From assembly GCA_963717515.1 (NCBI GenBank), contig OY970338.1, positions 1,236,861-1,300,860 on the forward strand: a stretch of 64,000 nt of DNA, written 5' to 3'. Under the pieces are notes generated by a model. The model had not been told where the DNA came from. It worked only from the letters and a program-made list of their open reading frames with translations, and searched no databases. This DNA comes from an uncultured Candidatus Woesearchaeota archaeon. Lineage in GTDB: Archaea > Nanobdellota > Nanobdellia > Woesearchaeales > DSVV01. Within the stretch, counting starts at the first letter, position 1, and each line of letters starts with the position of its first letter. The position numbers and the translations under genes were made by a program. Below, piece by piece: positions 45,226 to 54,792 of the stretch.

Positions 45226-46791
45226 ATGGAAGGAGAAGAATTAAAACGAATTCTAATTGACTCAGCAATAAAATTTAACCAGGGAGTTCAACCGAACGGC
45301 AAACCCTGTTCATGGATTGCAGACTGCAGGGAAGTCCTGCTTATTCCGAGAGGAGCATATCTAATATCAAAACTTATTTATGAAAAGCTCAGGAAATTCA
45401 AAAGCAGGCAGGTAGGAGGCCTGACTCTTGCTGCAAACCCTATTGTGTCGTATCTTGTTTTGCTCGCTTATCAGGATAAGAGACCTGTCAGCGGATTTAT
45501 CATAAGAAAAGAGCCAAAGTATAACGGGCTTCAGAAACTGATTGAAGGTGATTTCAAGCCAGGTGAACCAGTTGTTCTTGTTGATGACCTGATAAACTCA
45601 GGCGGTTCTATATTCAGGGCAATTGAAGCAGTTGAGGAACAGGGATGTAAAGTGGAAGGAGTGTTATCAATACTAAATTTCGGGAACCAAGGAGAGAAGA
45701 AGCTCAAAGAAAAAGGATATCGATTTGAATACTTGTTCACTCTTGAGGATTTGGGGGTAAGGAATAAACCCGAAAACATAATCATGCCGAAAATTCTCTG
45801 GGAAATTAAAGACATTAATATGTGGGAGGGTACAATTCCAAGATCATCTCCTGTCCAGTTCAAAAAATCGATTTTATTTGGTACAAATGAAGGAAAATTT
45901 TTTTCGCTTCAAATGAATTCAGGGAAGATTAACTGGGAAAGACAATTTGATATAAGTGTTCCGAAAGGCATATTATCCTCACCAGCTATAAAAGAAAATA
46001 ATGTCTATTTCGGTGCATATGACGGATTCCTGTATTGCCTGGATGCAAAGACAGGAAAGACAGTCTGGAAAAAACAGCGTGGTGACTGGATAGGTTCCTC
46101 ACCCTATATCTCAGGTGGTGAATTATTCATCGGAGTTGAGTATGGAAAAAAAGGAGGGGTGCTGATTGCCTGTTCTGTAAAAGATGGGAAACTGTTATGG
46201 TACCTTGAGACAGGGCATTATATCCATTCTACTCCTGCAGTGGACTCAAAAAGAAATGTAGTTATTGTCGGTTGCAATGACGGATTTGTATATGCTGCTG
46301 ATTCAAAGACAGGGAAACTAATATGGAAATATGAAACAGGAAAGGAGACGCGGGCTGGGTTTGCAATCGATGAAAAAACTGGGAAAGTTTATTTTGGGAG
46401 CGAAGACGGGAACATGTACTGCTTTGAAATCAGTAACGGGAATCTTATATGGAAGAGGAGAGTGGGTTTCGCAGTCTATAATACACCTGAGATTGTGGAC
46501 GATAATCTCGTGTTCAGCACAGTATCAAGGAGGATTTTCTGCCTTGACAAGGAAACAGGTTCAATCAGATGGTATTACAACACAGAAGGAAGGATATTCT
46601 CTTATACATATACTGTTGACAATAGAGTCTATTGCGGTTCAAATAACGGGTATCTGTATGTGATTGAACTCTCTACAGGCAAACTTCTTGGAATATATAA
46701 AGTCGGGAAGGAAATACTGACTAAACCTCTGATGGATGGAAATAAGGTTTATATAGGGTGCAAAGGACAATTTATTTCTATTATTATTTAA
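45226..46791 (+). CDS. Phosphoribosyltransferase (OPRT-like) domain fused to a PQQ/BamB-like beta-propeller
   Basis: N-terminal type I PRTase motif PVVLVDDLINSGGS. The C-terminal 330 aa or so carry repeated xVYFGxxDGxxYxxDxxTGKxxW blades (at least 6). Confidence 0.7.
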   Translation: MEGEELKRILIDSAIKFNQGVQPNGKPCSWIADCREVLLIPRGAYLISKLIYEKLRKFKSRQVGGLTLAANPIVSYLVLLAYQDKRPVSGFIIRKEPKYNGLQKLIEGDFKPGEPVVLVDDLINSGGSIFRAIEAVEEQGCKVEGVLSILNFGNQGEKKLKEKGYRFEYLFTLEDLGVRNKPENIIMPKILWEIKDINMWEGTIPRSSPVQFKKSILFGTNEGKFFSLQMNSGKINWERQFDISVPKGILSSPAIKENNVYFGAYDGFLYCLDAKTGKTVWKKQRGDWIGSSPYISGGELFIGVEYGKKGGVLIACSVKDGKLLWYLETGHYIHSTPAVDSKRNVVIVGCNDGFVYAADSKTGKLIWKYETGKETRAGFAIDEKTGKVYFGSEDGNMYCFEISNGNLIWKRRVGFAVYNTPEIVDDNLVFSTVSRRIFCLDKETGSIRWYYNTEGRIFSYTYTVDNRVYCGSNNGYLYVIELSTGKLLGIYKVGKEILTKPLMDGNKVYIGCKGQFISIII

Positions 46792-46843
46792 AGTATGTAA
46801 ATTTTAAGTAATATTTTTAAGCATTAGTTCATTCTCGTCTATA

Positions 46844-47410
46844 ATGAATAAAATATTGTTTGACAAAATGACAGATGATTGCAGCTGTTGCGGAAACCAA
46901 ACACTTTCTGAGGAAAGTGATTATGATTTAACTAAGAAACAACATTTTCTAATTAAAATAAAAGATATTTGGGATGTATACAAGAATATAAAAAATACAA
47001 AGCAAGATATATTGATTTCATTTTTCCTGAAAGAGAATGACCTTAATCTTTCAACTGGGAAAAAAATATTGAAATTATTTGCTAGATTAAGGAAAGATAA
47101 TATCAGTTTCAAGGTATTGAATCCTCTACCAAGATGCATCCTTGGTTTTGGATATGGTGAAGCAGTAAATGAATTCAGCCTGCCGAAGGGCTGCTATGAA
47201 TGCAGGGAACTTTTCACTATAAAGAATGAAGAAATCATCAGCTGCAGGTATATAAATAAAAAAGGTCCAAAGATATATTACATGAAAGATAGGAATCAGA
47301 TTTGGGAGTTTTTCAACACCTTGAGATTGGAGAAGGACTTGACCAAGACATGCATCAACTGCTTATATCTGAAAAGGAAACTGTGTGATGGGGTTTGTTT
47401 TAGATCATGA
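46844..47410 (+). CDS. Stand-alone Cys-module protein related to the C-terminal domain of the short rSAM family
   Basis: CSCCGN near the N-terminus, then GKKILKLFARLRKDNISFKVLNPLPRCILG ... CYEC ... CINCLYLKRKLCDGVCF. No rSAM core. ATGA overlap with the downstream B12-rSAM gene. Confidence 0.55.
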   Translation: MNKILFDKMTDDCSCCGNQTLSEESDYDLTKKQHFLIKIKDIWDVYKNIKNTKQDILISFFLKENDLNLSTGKKILKLFARLRKDNISFKVLNPLPRCILGFGYGEAVNEFSLPKGCYECRELFTIKNEEIISCRYINKKGPKIYYMKDRNQIWEFFNTLRLEKDLTKTCINCLYLKRKLCDGVCFRS

Positions 47411-48693
47411 GGGTATTGCTTCTGACATACAGGAACAGAAAAGAATATGTTCCACTGGATTTAGGATACGTGAAAGCATATTGTGATAAATCCAATAATC
47501 AGGATGAGATTATTGTCAGGACTTATTCAAAAAGAGATAATATATATCTATTCAAAAAAAAAATTGAAAAGCTTGAACCTGAGATGATAATTTTTTTTAC
47601 TGAGAATCTCCAAAGCACCCAGCTATTCACGTTGAGGTTTGCTTTGAAACTGTTTTCAATTCTCAGAACTAATGACAAAAAAATCAAATTATATTTACAA
47701 AGCTATAAAATTGACAAGGAATATTCAAAAGAAATACTGGAAGAACACTCATATGTTGATATGATAATTCGAGGAGAACCTGAAATAACTATAAAAGAAA
47801 TTCTTCTGGGAAAAAAATTGAATACAGTCAAAGGTATATCATATCGGCTGAATGATATGATTCAGGTTAATGCTGAGAGACATTTATTGGATACTCTTGA
47901 TAATCTCCCTTCACCCTATCTGACAAACTCCATGAAAAGTGAATATGTTAGCAAGATGAAGCAGGCTTATGTCTCAACATCAAGAGGCTGTATATTCAAT
48001 TGTTTCTATTGTTTCAGGAATGTCAGGTTTTCCAGGGTCCGGACTATTTCAATAAAGAGGGTCCTCGATGAGATAAAATTCCTGATGTGGAGCAGGGTCG
48101 AAAGCATTTATATCATCGACGATTGTTTTTTCCTGAATCAGAAAAGGTTCAATGAGCTGGTAACTGAAATTTCAAAAATAAATAAAAATAATAAGCTCAG
48201 TTTCGCTCTGATGTGCAGGTATGAGTTCTTATCAGAGAAAAATATGGATCTAATGAAAAAAATGAATGTCAGACGGATACAGGTAGGTTTGCAGACAACC
48301 AATCTTAAATTACTCAAACGACTTAATAGAAACTTTGATGAAAAAAAGTTTTATAAGACCGTCGAATATCTGAATAAATTGGAAATATTTACTACTGTTG
48401 ATCTGATACTGGGTCTGCCTGGTGACAATCTTAGGAGTTTTAAAGAATCTCTGGATTATCTTGGCAAGGTCAATCCTGACCAAGTCAGAGTTCATAGATT
48501 GTTTATACATCCCGGCACTTACTTGGACAGGAACCTTGAAAAATATAAGATAAGATTATCATATAAAAACAGGGATTTTTCACTGCCTGTCGTCAAGAGC
48601 AATTATAGCTTTCCCAGTGATGAGATACAGATGGCATTGAGGTATATCAAGAAGGTAAAGAAGAGAGGTAAAAACATAGTCCTGACAAATTGA
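47407..48693 (+). CDS. B12-binding radical SAM enzyme
   Basis: N-terminus MRVLLLTYRN...PLDLGYVKAYC, rSAM SRGCIFNCFYCFRN and ILGLPGDN. Confidence 0.85.
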   Translation: MRVLLLTYRNRKEYVPLDLGYVKAYCDKSNNQDEIIVRTYSKRDNIYLFKKKIEKLEPEMIIFFTENLQSTQLFTLRFALKLFSILRTNDKKIKLYLQSYKIDKEYSKEILEEHSYVDMIIRGEPEITIKEILLGKKLNTVKGISYRLNDMIQVNAERHLLDTLDNLPSPYLTNSMKSEYVSKMKQAYVSTSRGCIFNCFYCFRNVRFSRVRTISIKRVLDEIKFLMWSRVESIYIIDDCFFLNQKRFNELVTEISKINKNNKLSFALMCRYEFLSEKNMDLMKKMNVRRIQVGLQTTNLKLLKRLNRNFDEKKFYKTVEYLNKLEIFTTVDLILGLPGDNLRSFKESLDYLGKVNPDQVRVHRLFIHPGTYLDRNLEKYKIRLSYKNRDFSLPVVKSNYSFPSDEIQMALRYIKKVKKRGKNIVLTN

Positions 48694-48762
48694 ATCTGGG
48701 TCTAAGCGCTCCAATATATCCTTTCCGACAGGTTTAAATAATTCCAATATCTTAAAATTCCC

Positions 48763-50280
48763 ATGTCACTCTATCAATCCTCAATTCTCTACATCCTCCA
48801 TATCCTATTCTTCTCGATCATCATCCTCGTCATCCTGAACCGCAGGACCCTCATAAAACCATTCAAAAAGATCAGGAAAAAGACCCTTATTTACCTGCTC
48901 ATAATCTTCATTGCAGCATGCGCCCTTAGGCTGTTCATCTTCCCCCATTTCCACATGATGTACATCGACGAGCCATGGTACCTGGAGATGGCAAAGAACA
49001 TGAACCAAGGGCATGGGCCGGTCGTTTGTGAATACCAGGGCATCGAAGAACAGGTCTGCCTTGCCCCTTTAAAGCCCCCAGGATGGCCCTATCTTCTGTC
49101 ATGGGTGCAGATGCTCTTTGGGCTCAACAATCAATTTTCGCTGTATTTCGGCAGTATTTTGGGCTGCCTCTCCATAATCCTAATTTTTTCAGTGACATGC
49201 CTGTTGTTTGATGAGAAAGCAGCTCTCTGGGCCTCATTCATCCTTGCCTTTTCACCCATGCATGTTATCTGGTCAAATACAATAGAGTCCAACAGCCCGT
49301 CAGTATTCTTCATCCTGCTCTCGATGCTCTTATTCCTCCACTATATAAGGAACAGAAGGTTATCATCATTTGGTCTTTTTTTCCTGGCAACAGCATTCTC
49401 CACCATGATAAGGTTTGAGAATATCATCCTGTTTCCGATCCTTGCACTTGCCTATCTGATATATTCAAAAAAGTTCCAAAAGTCAATTTATGGGAAATTC
49501 TTCGATGCATCCTACCCCCTGGTCGTTATATGTATGTTTGGTGTCATGATATTCTTTGAATCCATATATTTCCATATGTTCAGGGACACTGCACTCACCT
49601 TGGATCATTTTATCCTGAACCTGCCTGGATACCTCTATTCAATGGGCATCGTTACAGTCATCGCCCTGGCAGCGTTGTTCTTGTATGATAAGGGGGATTC
49701 AAAGGATATTAAGATCATTATGACATGTTTCCTGTTTTTCTTTATAACTTACCTTCCGCTGTTCAAGGAGATTGAGCAGAGGATGGTCCTGACACCCCTT
49801 GTGTTCGCAGTCATCCTTTCAGGATACACCATGGGGAAGATAAGCAGCCACCTGCCTCATACCAGGATACTGTTTTTCCTGCTCCTCTCAATCATATTTA
49901 GCCTCGGACTGGTACATGTCTACAATCAGCCAAGGTTCGCCTCGCACAAGCTCGAGACTGACATTGTCATGGACATTGCAGATAAGTATCAGGAAAGTTA
50001 CATCATCTCAGAAGCGCCGACAGTGCTCAGCTCTGTCTCTGATATAAGTGGGATAAGCACTGCATTTGCCCTGGAAAATCCGGAAGTGATTGAGATTATC
50101 CAGAAGAATCATAAGGTATATTATTTTTTCGATGGTTTCTGTACGAATCAAGGGATTGCTGATGCAGGGAGATCAGAAGAGCGATGCAGGGAGATGTTCA
50201 GGAGTTATGTTATGAAATCCATTGAAACGTTTCATCAAGGAAATTACAATTTTATCCTGTATTCCACTGAAAGCCGATGA
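48763..50280 (+). CDS. GT-C fold membrane glycosyltransferase (family 39/83-like)
   Basis: 505 aa and polytopic. It has an acidic first-loop motif (YIDEPWYLEMAKN), PPGWPYLLSW and a soluble C-terminal domain. It is a paralog of 17396..19012. Confidence 0.6.
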   Translation: MSLYQSSILYILHILFFSIIILVILNRRTLIKPFKKIRKKTLIYLLIIFIAACALRLFIFPHFHMMYIDEPWYLEMAKNMNQGHGPVVCEYQGIEEQVCLAPLKPPGWPYLLSWVQMLFGLNNQFSLYFGSILGCLSIILIFSVTCLLFDEKAALWASFILAFSPMHVIWSNTIESNSPSVFFILLSMLLFLHYIRNRRLSSFGLFFLATAFSTMIRFENIILFPILALAYLIYSKKFQKSIYGKFFDASYPLVVICMFGVMIFFESIYFHMFRDTALTLDHFILNLPGYLYSMGIVTVIALAALFLYDKGDSKDIKIIMTCFLFFFITYLPLFKEIEQRMVLTPLVFAVILSGYTMGKISSHLPHTRILFFLLLSIIFSLGLVHVYNQPRFASHKLETDIVMDIADKYQESYIISEAPTVLSSVSDISGISTAFALENPEVIEIIQKNHKVYYFFDGFCTNQGIADAGRSEERCREMFRSYVMKSIETFHQGNYNFILYSTESR

Positions 50281-50326
50281 GGAGCCAGCATAATGTTTTT
50301 ATATTCTGACGGATTCAGGAAGCCAG

Positions 50327-51760
50327 ATGGCAAAACCGAGGATTCAGCTGGTCCATAAATACATGTATTCAAACGAAGTTTCTTTGGGAGTCAGTGTGTT
50401 GGACTCATTTCTTCGTGAGAAAGGTTATGAAGTAAGACAGCATTCGATCGAGGCAGAACCGGCTTATGTGAATCCTCTTCTGGTCAGCAGGTTCCCTTAC
50501 AGCAAACTCGTCTGCAGACTATCCAACTCTTTAAACAAGATCATGCTGGATTCAGATCTGAATTTCCCACTGACCCTCCACATTGACAATGAAATAAGTA
50601 AGATGTCAATCAAAAAGAACGATATCATCGGTTTCTCTGTCCATTCCAAATTCCAGCTGATATATTATCTGCTCCTGGCAAAAAGGATTAAAAAAAAATA
50701 TAGTGTGACAATAGTCTTTGGAGGACCGTATATCGGCCTCTTTCCAGAGCTGATTGACATGAAAAAATATTGTTTTATAGACTATCTTGTAAAAGGCAGA
50801 GGGGAACTGCCTTTCCTTAGATTGATTGGTTGTATCGAAAAAAATGAGAAGAGAATTAGCACTCCAAAAGTCAATTACAATCCTGAAAAAAGGATGCTCT
50901 TTTCTGTGAAAGAGCCGGGACTGGGGATGCAGGCTGTTCCAAATTATGAGAAGAAGCGTATTGCAAGAATCAGGAAAAAAAGATTATTCCAGGGTCATTC
51001 AGGGCTTTCTTACCAGATATCAACAGGGTGCCCGAACAGGTGTGGTTTCTGCATGTATCATATGATTGAGAAAATTGAATTTAAACCCGTAAAGCAAGTA
51101 ATTGAAGAGCTCCAAGAGATCAGTAAAAATACACTGATCAGAAAATACAGGTTCACTGATTCTGCAATAAATTCAAAAAGAAGCTATCTTGTGGAATTAT
51201 GTAATGAGATGATTAAAGAGAGATTGAATTTTAATTTTTCTGCTTATGCAACATTTGGTATTATGCCTGAAATTCTACGACTCATGAGAAGAGCGGGTTT
51301 TTTCAACTTGTTATATGGGATTGAGACTGGCAGCAGAAGGATCCATAAGCTTATGGATAAGTCGCATACTTTTGATATCATTCAAAATAGCCTTGAAGAG
51401 ACAGCCTCTGCAGGGATCAATAATGTCATATGCATAATGATTGGATATCCTCATGAGACTGATGATGACGTTGATTTGACAATAAGATTCATAAGAAAGA
51501 ATAAAAAGTTGATAACGAGAGTACTTTTGACAAAATTTCAATTGCTTTACAACTCAAATATGTATACAAATCCTGAGAGATATGGCTTAAAGATTATCGG
51601 GATGTATTCGAGGCATGATCCTGAAACAATGAAGTTTGATGAGGTAGATGGATTGAAATGGGAAAAATATATCAGACAGACAAACAAGAATATCAAGAAG
51701 ATGATGAAATTTCTGGATAGATACAAAATTTCTTTCGGTTATGATCCAAGGTTCCTTTAG
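50327..51760 (+). CDS. B12-binding radical SAM enzyme
   Basis: N-terminal B12-type domain, rSAM STGCPNRCGFCMYH and IMIGYPHETDDD. Confidence 0.85.
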   Translation: MAKPRIQLVHKYMYSNEVSLGVSVLDSFLREKGYEVRQHSIEAEPAYVNPLLVSRFPYSKLVCRLSNSLNKIMLDSDLNFPLTLHIDNEISKMSIKKNDIIGFSVHSKFQLIYYLLLAKRIKKKYSVTIVFGGPYIGLFPELIDMKKYCFIDYLVKGRGELPFLRLIGCIEKNEKRISTPKVNYNPEKRMLFSVKEPGLGMQAVPNYEKKRIARIRKKRLFQGHSGLSYQISTGCPNRCGFCMYHMIEKIEFKPVKQVIEELQEISKNTLIRKYRFTDSAINSKRSYLVELCNEMIKERLNFNFSAYATFGIMPEILRLMRRAGFFNLLYGIETGSRRIHKLMDKSHTFDIIQNSLEETASAGINNVICIMIGYPHETDDDVDLTIRFIRKNKKLITRVLLTKFQLLYNSNMYTNPERYGLKIIGMYSRHDPETMKFDEVDGLKWEKYIRQTNKNIKKMMKFLDRYKISFGYDPRFL

Positions 51761-53139
51761 ATCTTTTTAATAAACTCGAATTTGCCAGATTTCGTCCTGG
51801 GAATCGATTTTACATATTCAATCCTTAAATCCGGATGTTTTCCAAAAAAACTGCGGAGAGTACTAATAATCTGGTCATGATGCTTCGGGATATATTTTTT
51901 TCTTTTGACTATTTTCAAAATCAACTTATCTTTAGAGTGTAGGAACTGGCATTCCTTTATCTCATCAATTTCATCCAGCATCTTTGAGAGCGTATTTGCA
52001 TTGGTGTATCTTTCCCCTAGCTTGATGATATCGCTTTCCCTTGCCTGAAGATTTGTAAGGGCCGGCAGACCATCTAATATCTTCCTAGAACCTAAGTCGC
52101 TGGTCTCAAACCTGATCAAAGGCATTGAATAATTCACAAGGCCCGTGGCTATTATTCTCCCAGCATCTCTTATCTGCTTCCCTTTATCATCCACAATCTC
52201 GAATATCCCCATATAATGGTCGCAGTCAAAATAATCTTTTCCTGGCGATTTTAATGCCCTGAAAACACATTCCATCTGGCCGTACTGGTTGAATATCCTG
52301 CAGCCAAAGACTTCCTGGATCTTCTTTTCCTGGAATGGGAATAAGCTTTCCCTATCGCTGATCATGACATCAAAACCTATGTCGATATCTTTTTTTTCAG
52401 CATACTGTGCAGCCAAATACATCAGGCTTGGCATGCAATTGATGTATTTTGGCTTGAATTTTTTCATAAGATCCAGAAATAGCCTGATATCCTTCTCATT
52501 GTTTGCAAGGGCTGAGAAAAGGACCTTTCTATAGATTGGATGTCTTACAATTTTCTTCTTCTTGAGATTCTTGTTTTCAAGAAAATAATTTGAAAAGACA
52601 CTGATATGCCTGTCAGTCAACCTGAGCCCGATGTCCTTGACCAATCTCTGATGGACAATATGCCTGATTGCATCTACCTGTATATCCAGCAGGAACCTTG
52701 TCGGAGTCCCTGTTGTTCCGCTTGTCCTTTGAATTATTGGTCTTCCATGATACATCCTTCTTGATTTTAATCCATCAAAGTTCTTGACCAGCAATTCCTT
52801 TGTCAAAACAGGGATCCTCTCAAGGTCTTTGAACTTTTTGATATTTTTCCAGTCAATCCCTTCCCTGTCGAACAGTTCCCTGTAATAAGGGACATTCTCA
52901 TGACAATGCTTCAGGAGCTTTCTCAACCTTCTCATCTGATGCTTCTCATAATCAATCCTGAACATGGTGTTGTTGTAGAACACGATAAATTTCAATAGGA
53001 TATAATCCAATCCGAAGTTGTACCAGGGAACCCAGAGCCTGATGAGCATGAAACTTATAAGGTCCTGGATAAATCCAGGCGATGCGAGATAAATCCTGTC
53101 AGAGAGTTTCATCGATAGCCTGTATCTTTTCTCCATCAA
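51757..53139 (-). CDS. Adenylate-forming enzyme, phenylacetate-CoA ligase/F390 synthetase/CapK-like
   Basis: Contains TSGTTGTPTRFLL (the AMP-binding P-loop-like motif of the PaaK family) and the N-terminal helical region typical of this family. The C-terminus is RTKSGKFEFI. Confidence 0.7.
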   Translation of the reverse strand: MMEKRYRLSMKLSDRIYLASPGFIQDLISFMLIRLWVPWYNFGLDYILLKFIVFYNNTMFRIDYEKHQMRRLRKLLKHCHENVPYYRELFDREGIDWKNIKKFKDLERIPVLTKELLVKNFDGLKSRRMYHGRPIIQRTSGTTGTPTRFLLDIQVDAIRHIVHQRLVKDIGLRLTDRHISVFSNYFLENKNLKKKKIVRHPIYRKVLFSALANNEKDIRLFLDLMKKFKPKYINCMPSLMYLAAQYAEKKDIDIGFDVMISDRESLFPFQEKKIQEVFGCRIFNQYGQMECVFRALKSPGKDYFDCDHYMGIFEIVDDKGKQIRDAGRIIATGLVNYSMPLIRFETSDLGSRKILDGLPALTNLQARESDIIKLGERYTNANTLSKMLDEIDEIKECQFLHSKDKLILKIVKRKKYIPKHHDQIISTLRSFFGKHPDLRIEYVKSIPRTKSGKFEFIKKI

Positions 53140-53205
53140 TCAGGGGAGCCATAAATCATTTATAAATCTGTCAGCTATTGGATGGAAAAAACATTGATTT
53201 TTGAA

Positions 53206-54717
53206 TTATAGCCAGTATATATGGGTCGATCTTCTCTCAAACAGGTCATTCGGCAGGTATGGGATCCTGTCCTGAATTTTCCTTTTTTCAAAATCATATA
53301 AATAGAGGTGCTTGTTATCGAGGAAAAAGAGCATCTTCCCGTCATCTGATACTTCAATCTCCTTCAGGGCGTAAGGCTCAGTGTCTGTATTGTTTAGGAA
53401 CTCACCTATGTTTTCTTTTCCAGACAGGAAATCTTCTCCGATATCTTCAGAATGGATAAGTTCCATCTTCTCTGCGTCAACCAGATACAACCTGTTCGGC
53501 TGGGCAAATGTGCATAGATATGGTTTCCCTTCAAAGTCAAATATCCTATGGGAGGTGAACCTGTATCCTTTCTCATGTGTGAATGTATCCAGAAGTTTCA
53601 GTTCTCCATCTTTAAGCTCAAATTTGTCGATTGCCGCCGGTCCAAGATATCTGATCCTGTCGATTGTCGCAAAATTATGGCTCGAGACATATACATGACC
53701 TCTTTTCTCGTCAACCTCGAAATGCGCAGGCCTTGAATAGGTCGTCTCATAGAATGTCTCTGTTTTCCTATCGAGGTCAAGCATCGCAAATCTGCCTTTC
53801 TCGACATTGAACCTTGTCTCTGGAAATGAATTGCACTGGTCAATGAAGTCAAGGTTTGAAAAACTGTCGTCAAGAAACTGCCTGAAATTCCTGTCCAGCC
53901 TGGTCTCGAGCTGAGTCTCGGCAATATCCCACCATATGGTCCCTGTCCTTCGCTGCCCTGCTTTTTTTAATTTGTCTCCAACATCTGCTTTGGACCTGTA
54001 CTTTTCAGATAAAACATCAAGGACATGCCTGAACAGGTCGGCCGTGCTATCCATTGTCTTTCCAGACCAGAGCATGGTATATTCAAAAAAATCAAAATAT
54101 GAGCTGAATACATGGTTTTTGAATTTTCTGACGACATGGGGCACGACTGGAGCTCCTGATGAGCAGAGCCTTTCAATCCCGGTCATGCCAAGGTTTGCCC
54201 TGTAATAATTTATACCGCCTGACCAGGTGCTTGCAGCAAAATGGAACTTGTGCGGGTCATCCGGGTCAGGATAGACTGTCGAAGGGAATTTTTTCAGCTG
54301 TGCCATATTATTTTCAAGGTCTTTTCCCATCACGATATTCAGTCTGCCCCTGCCGTAATCAACATCGTAGAAATACTGGTCATCAAAATAAACGAATGAA
54401 TTGAATCTTTTTTCTCCTGTCCTGAGACTGCAGTGTGGATTGAACCGCCTCTCGCTCTGGAACAGCCCCTCATCCTTCTGAATCTCGATGATCCGGGCAT
54501 TCTCCCTGCTGAATGAGTGTATGTGAGATATGCTCAGTTTCTGGAAATCCACTAGGGCGAATGTCGGGAAGAAAAATCGCTTGTCTTCTTTATGGATGAG
54601 GTAAAGGCAGAGCGGCTTGTTGATCATCTTCTGGTCAAGATATTCCTTGGTCTCATCAGATACCGTAAATTTCATATCTTGGACAGCAAGTTTCAACTCA
54701 ATCATTCCTTTCACCAA
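53206..54717 (-). CDS. Hypothetical 503-aa protein
   Basis: A long ORF with normal composition and no antisense competitor of comparable quality. No motif recognised. Confidence 0.5.
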   Translation of the reverse strand: MVKGMIELKLAVQDMKFTVSDETKEYLDQKMINKPLCLYLIHKEDKRFFFPTFALVDFQKLSISHIHSFSRENARIIEIQKDEGLFQSERRFNPHCSLRTGEKRFNSFVYFDDQYFYDVDYGRGRLNIVMGKDLENNMAQLKKFPSTVYPDPDDPHKFHFAASTWSGGINYYRANLGMTGIERLCSSGAPVVPHVVRKFKNHVFSSYFDFFEYTMLWSGKTMDSTADLFRHVLDVLSEKYRSKADVGDKLKKAGQRRTGTIWWDIAETQLETRLDRNFRQFLDDSFSNLDFIDQCNSFPETRFNVEKGRFAMLDLDRKTETFYETTYSRPAHFEVDEKRGHVYVSSHNFATIDRIRYLGPAAIDKFELKDGELKLLDTFTHEKGYRFTSHRIFDFEGKPYLCTFAQPNRLYLVDAEKMELIHSEDIGEDFLSGKENIGEFLNNTDTEPYALKEIEVSDDGKMLFFLDNKHLYLYDFEKRKIQDRIPYLPNDLFERRSTHIYWL

Positions 54718-54792
54718 TCGGATTTAAAGTCTGGTTATATAGAAGAATATTTATAGGTTTGGGAATATGCATCCCTGAGTCAGACATTGAAA

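Noticed and set aside
30662-48762. Calling the AT-rich island a mobile element, prophage or integrative element.
   Set aside because: - No integrase, transposase, recombinase, terminal inverted or direct repeats, or tRNA-fragment att site was visible at either boundary.
- Only the compositional shift is supported.
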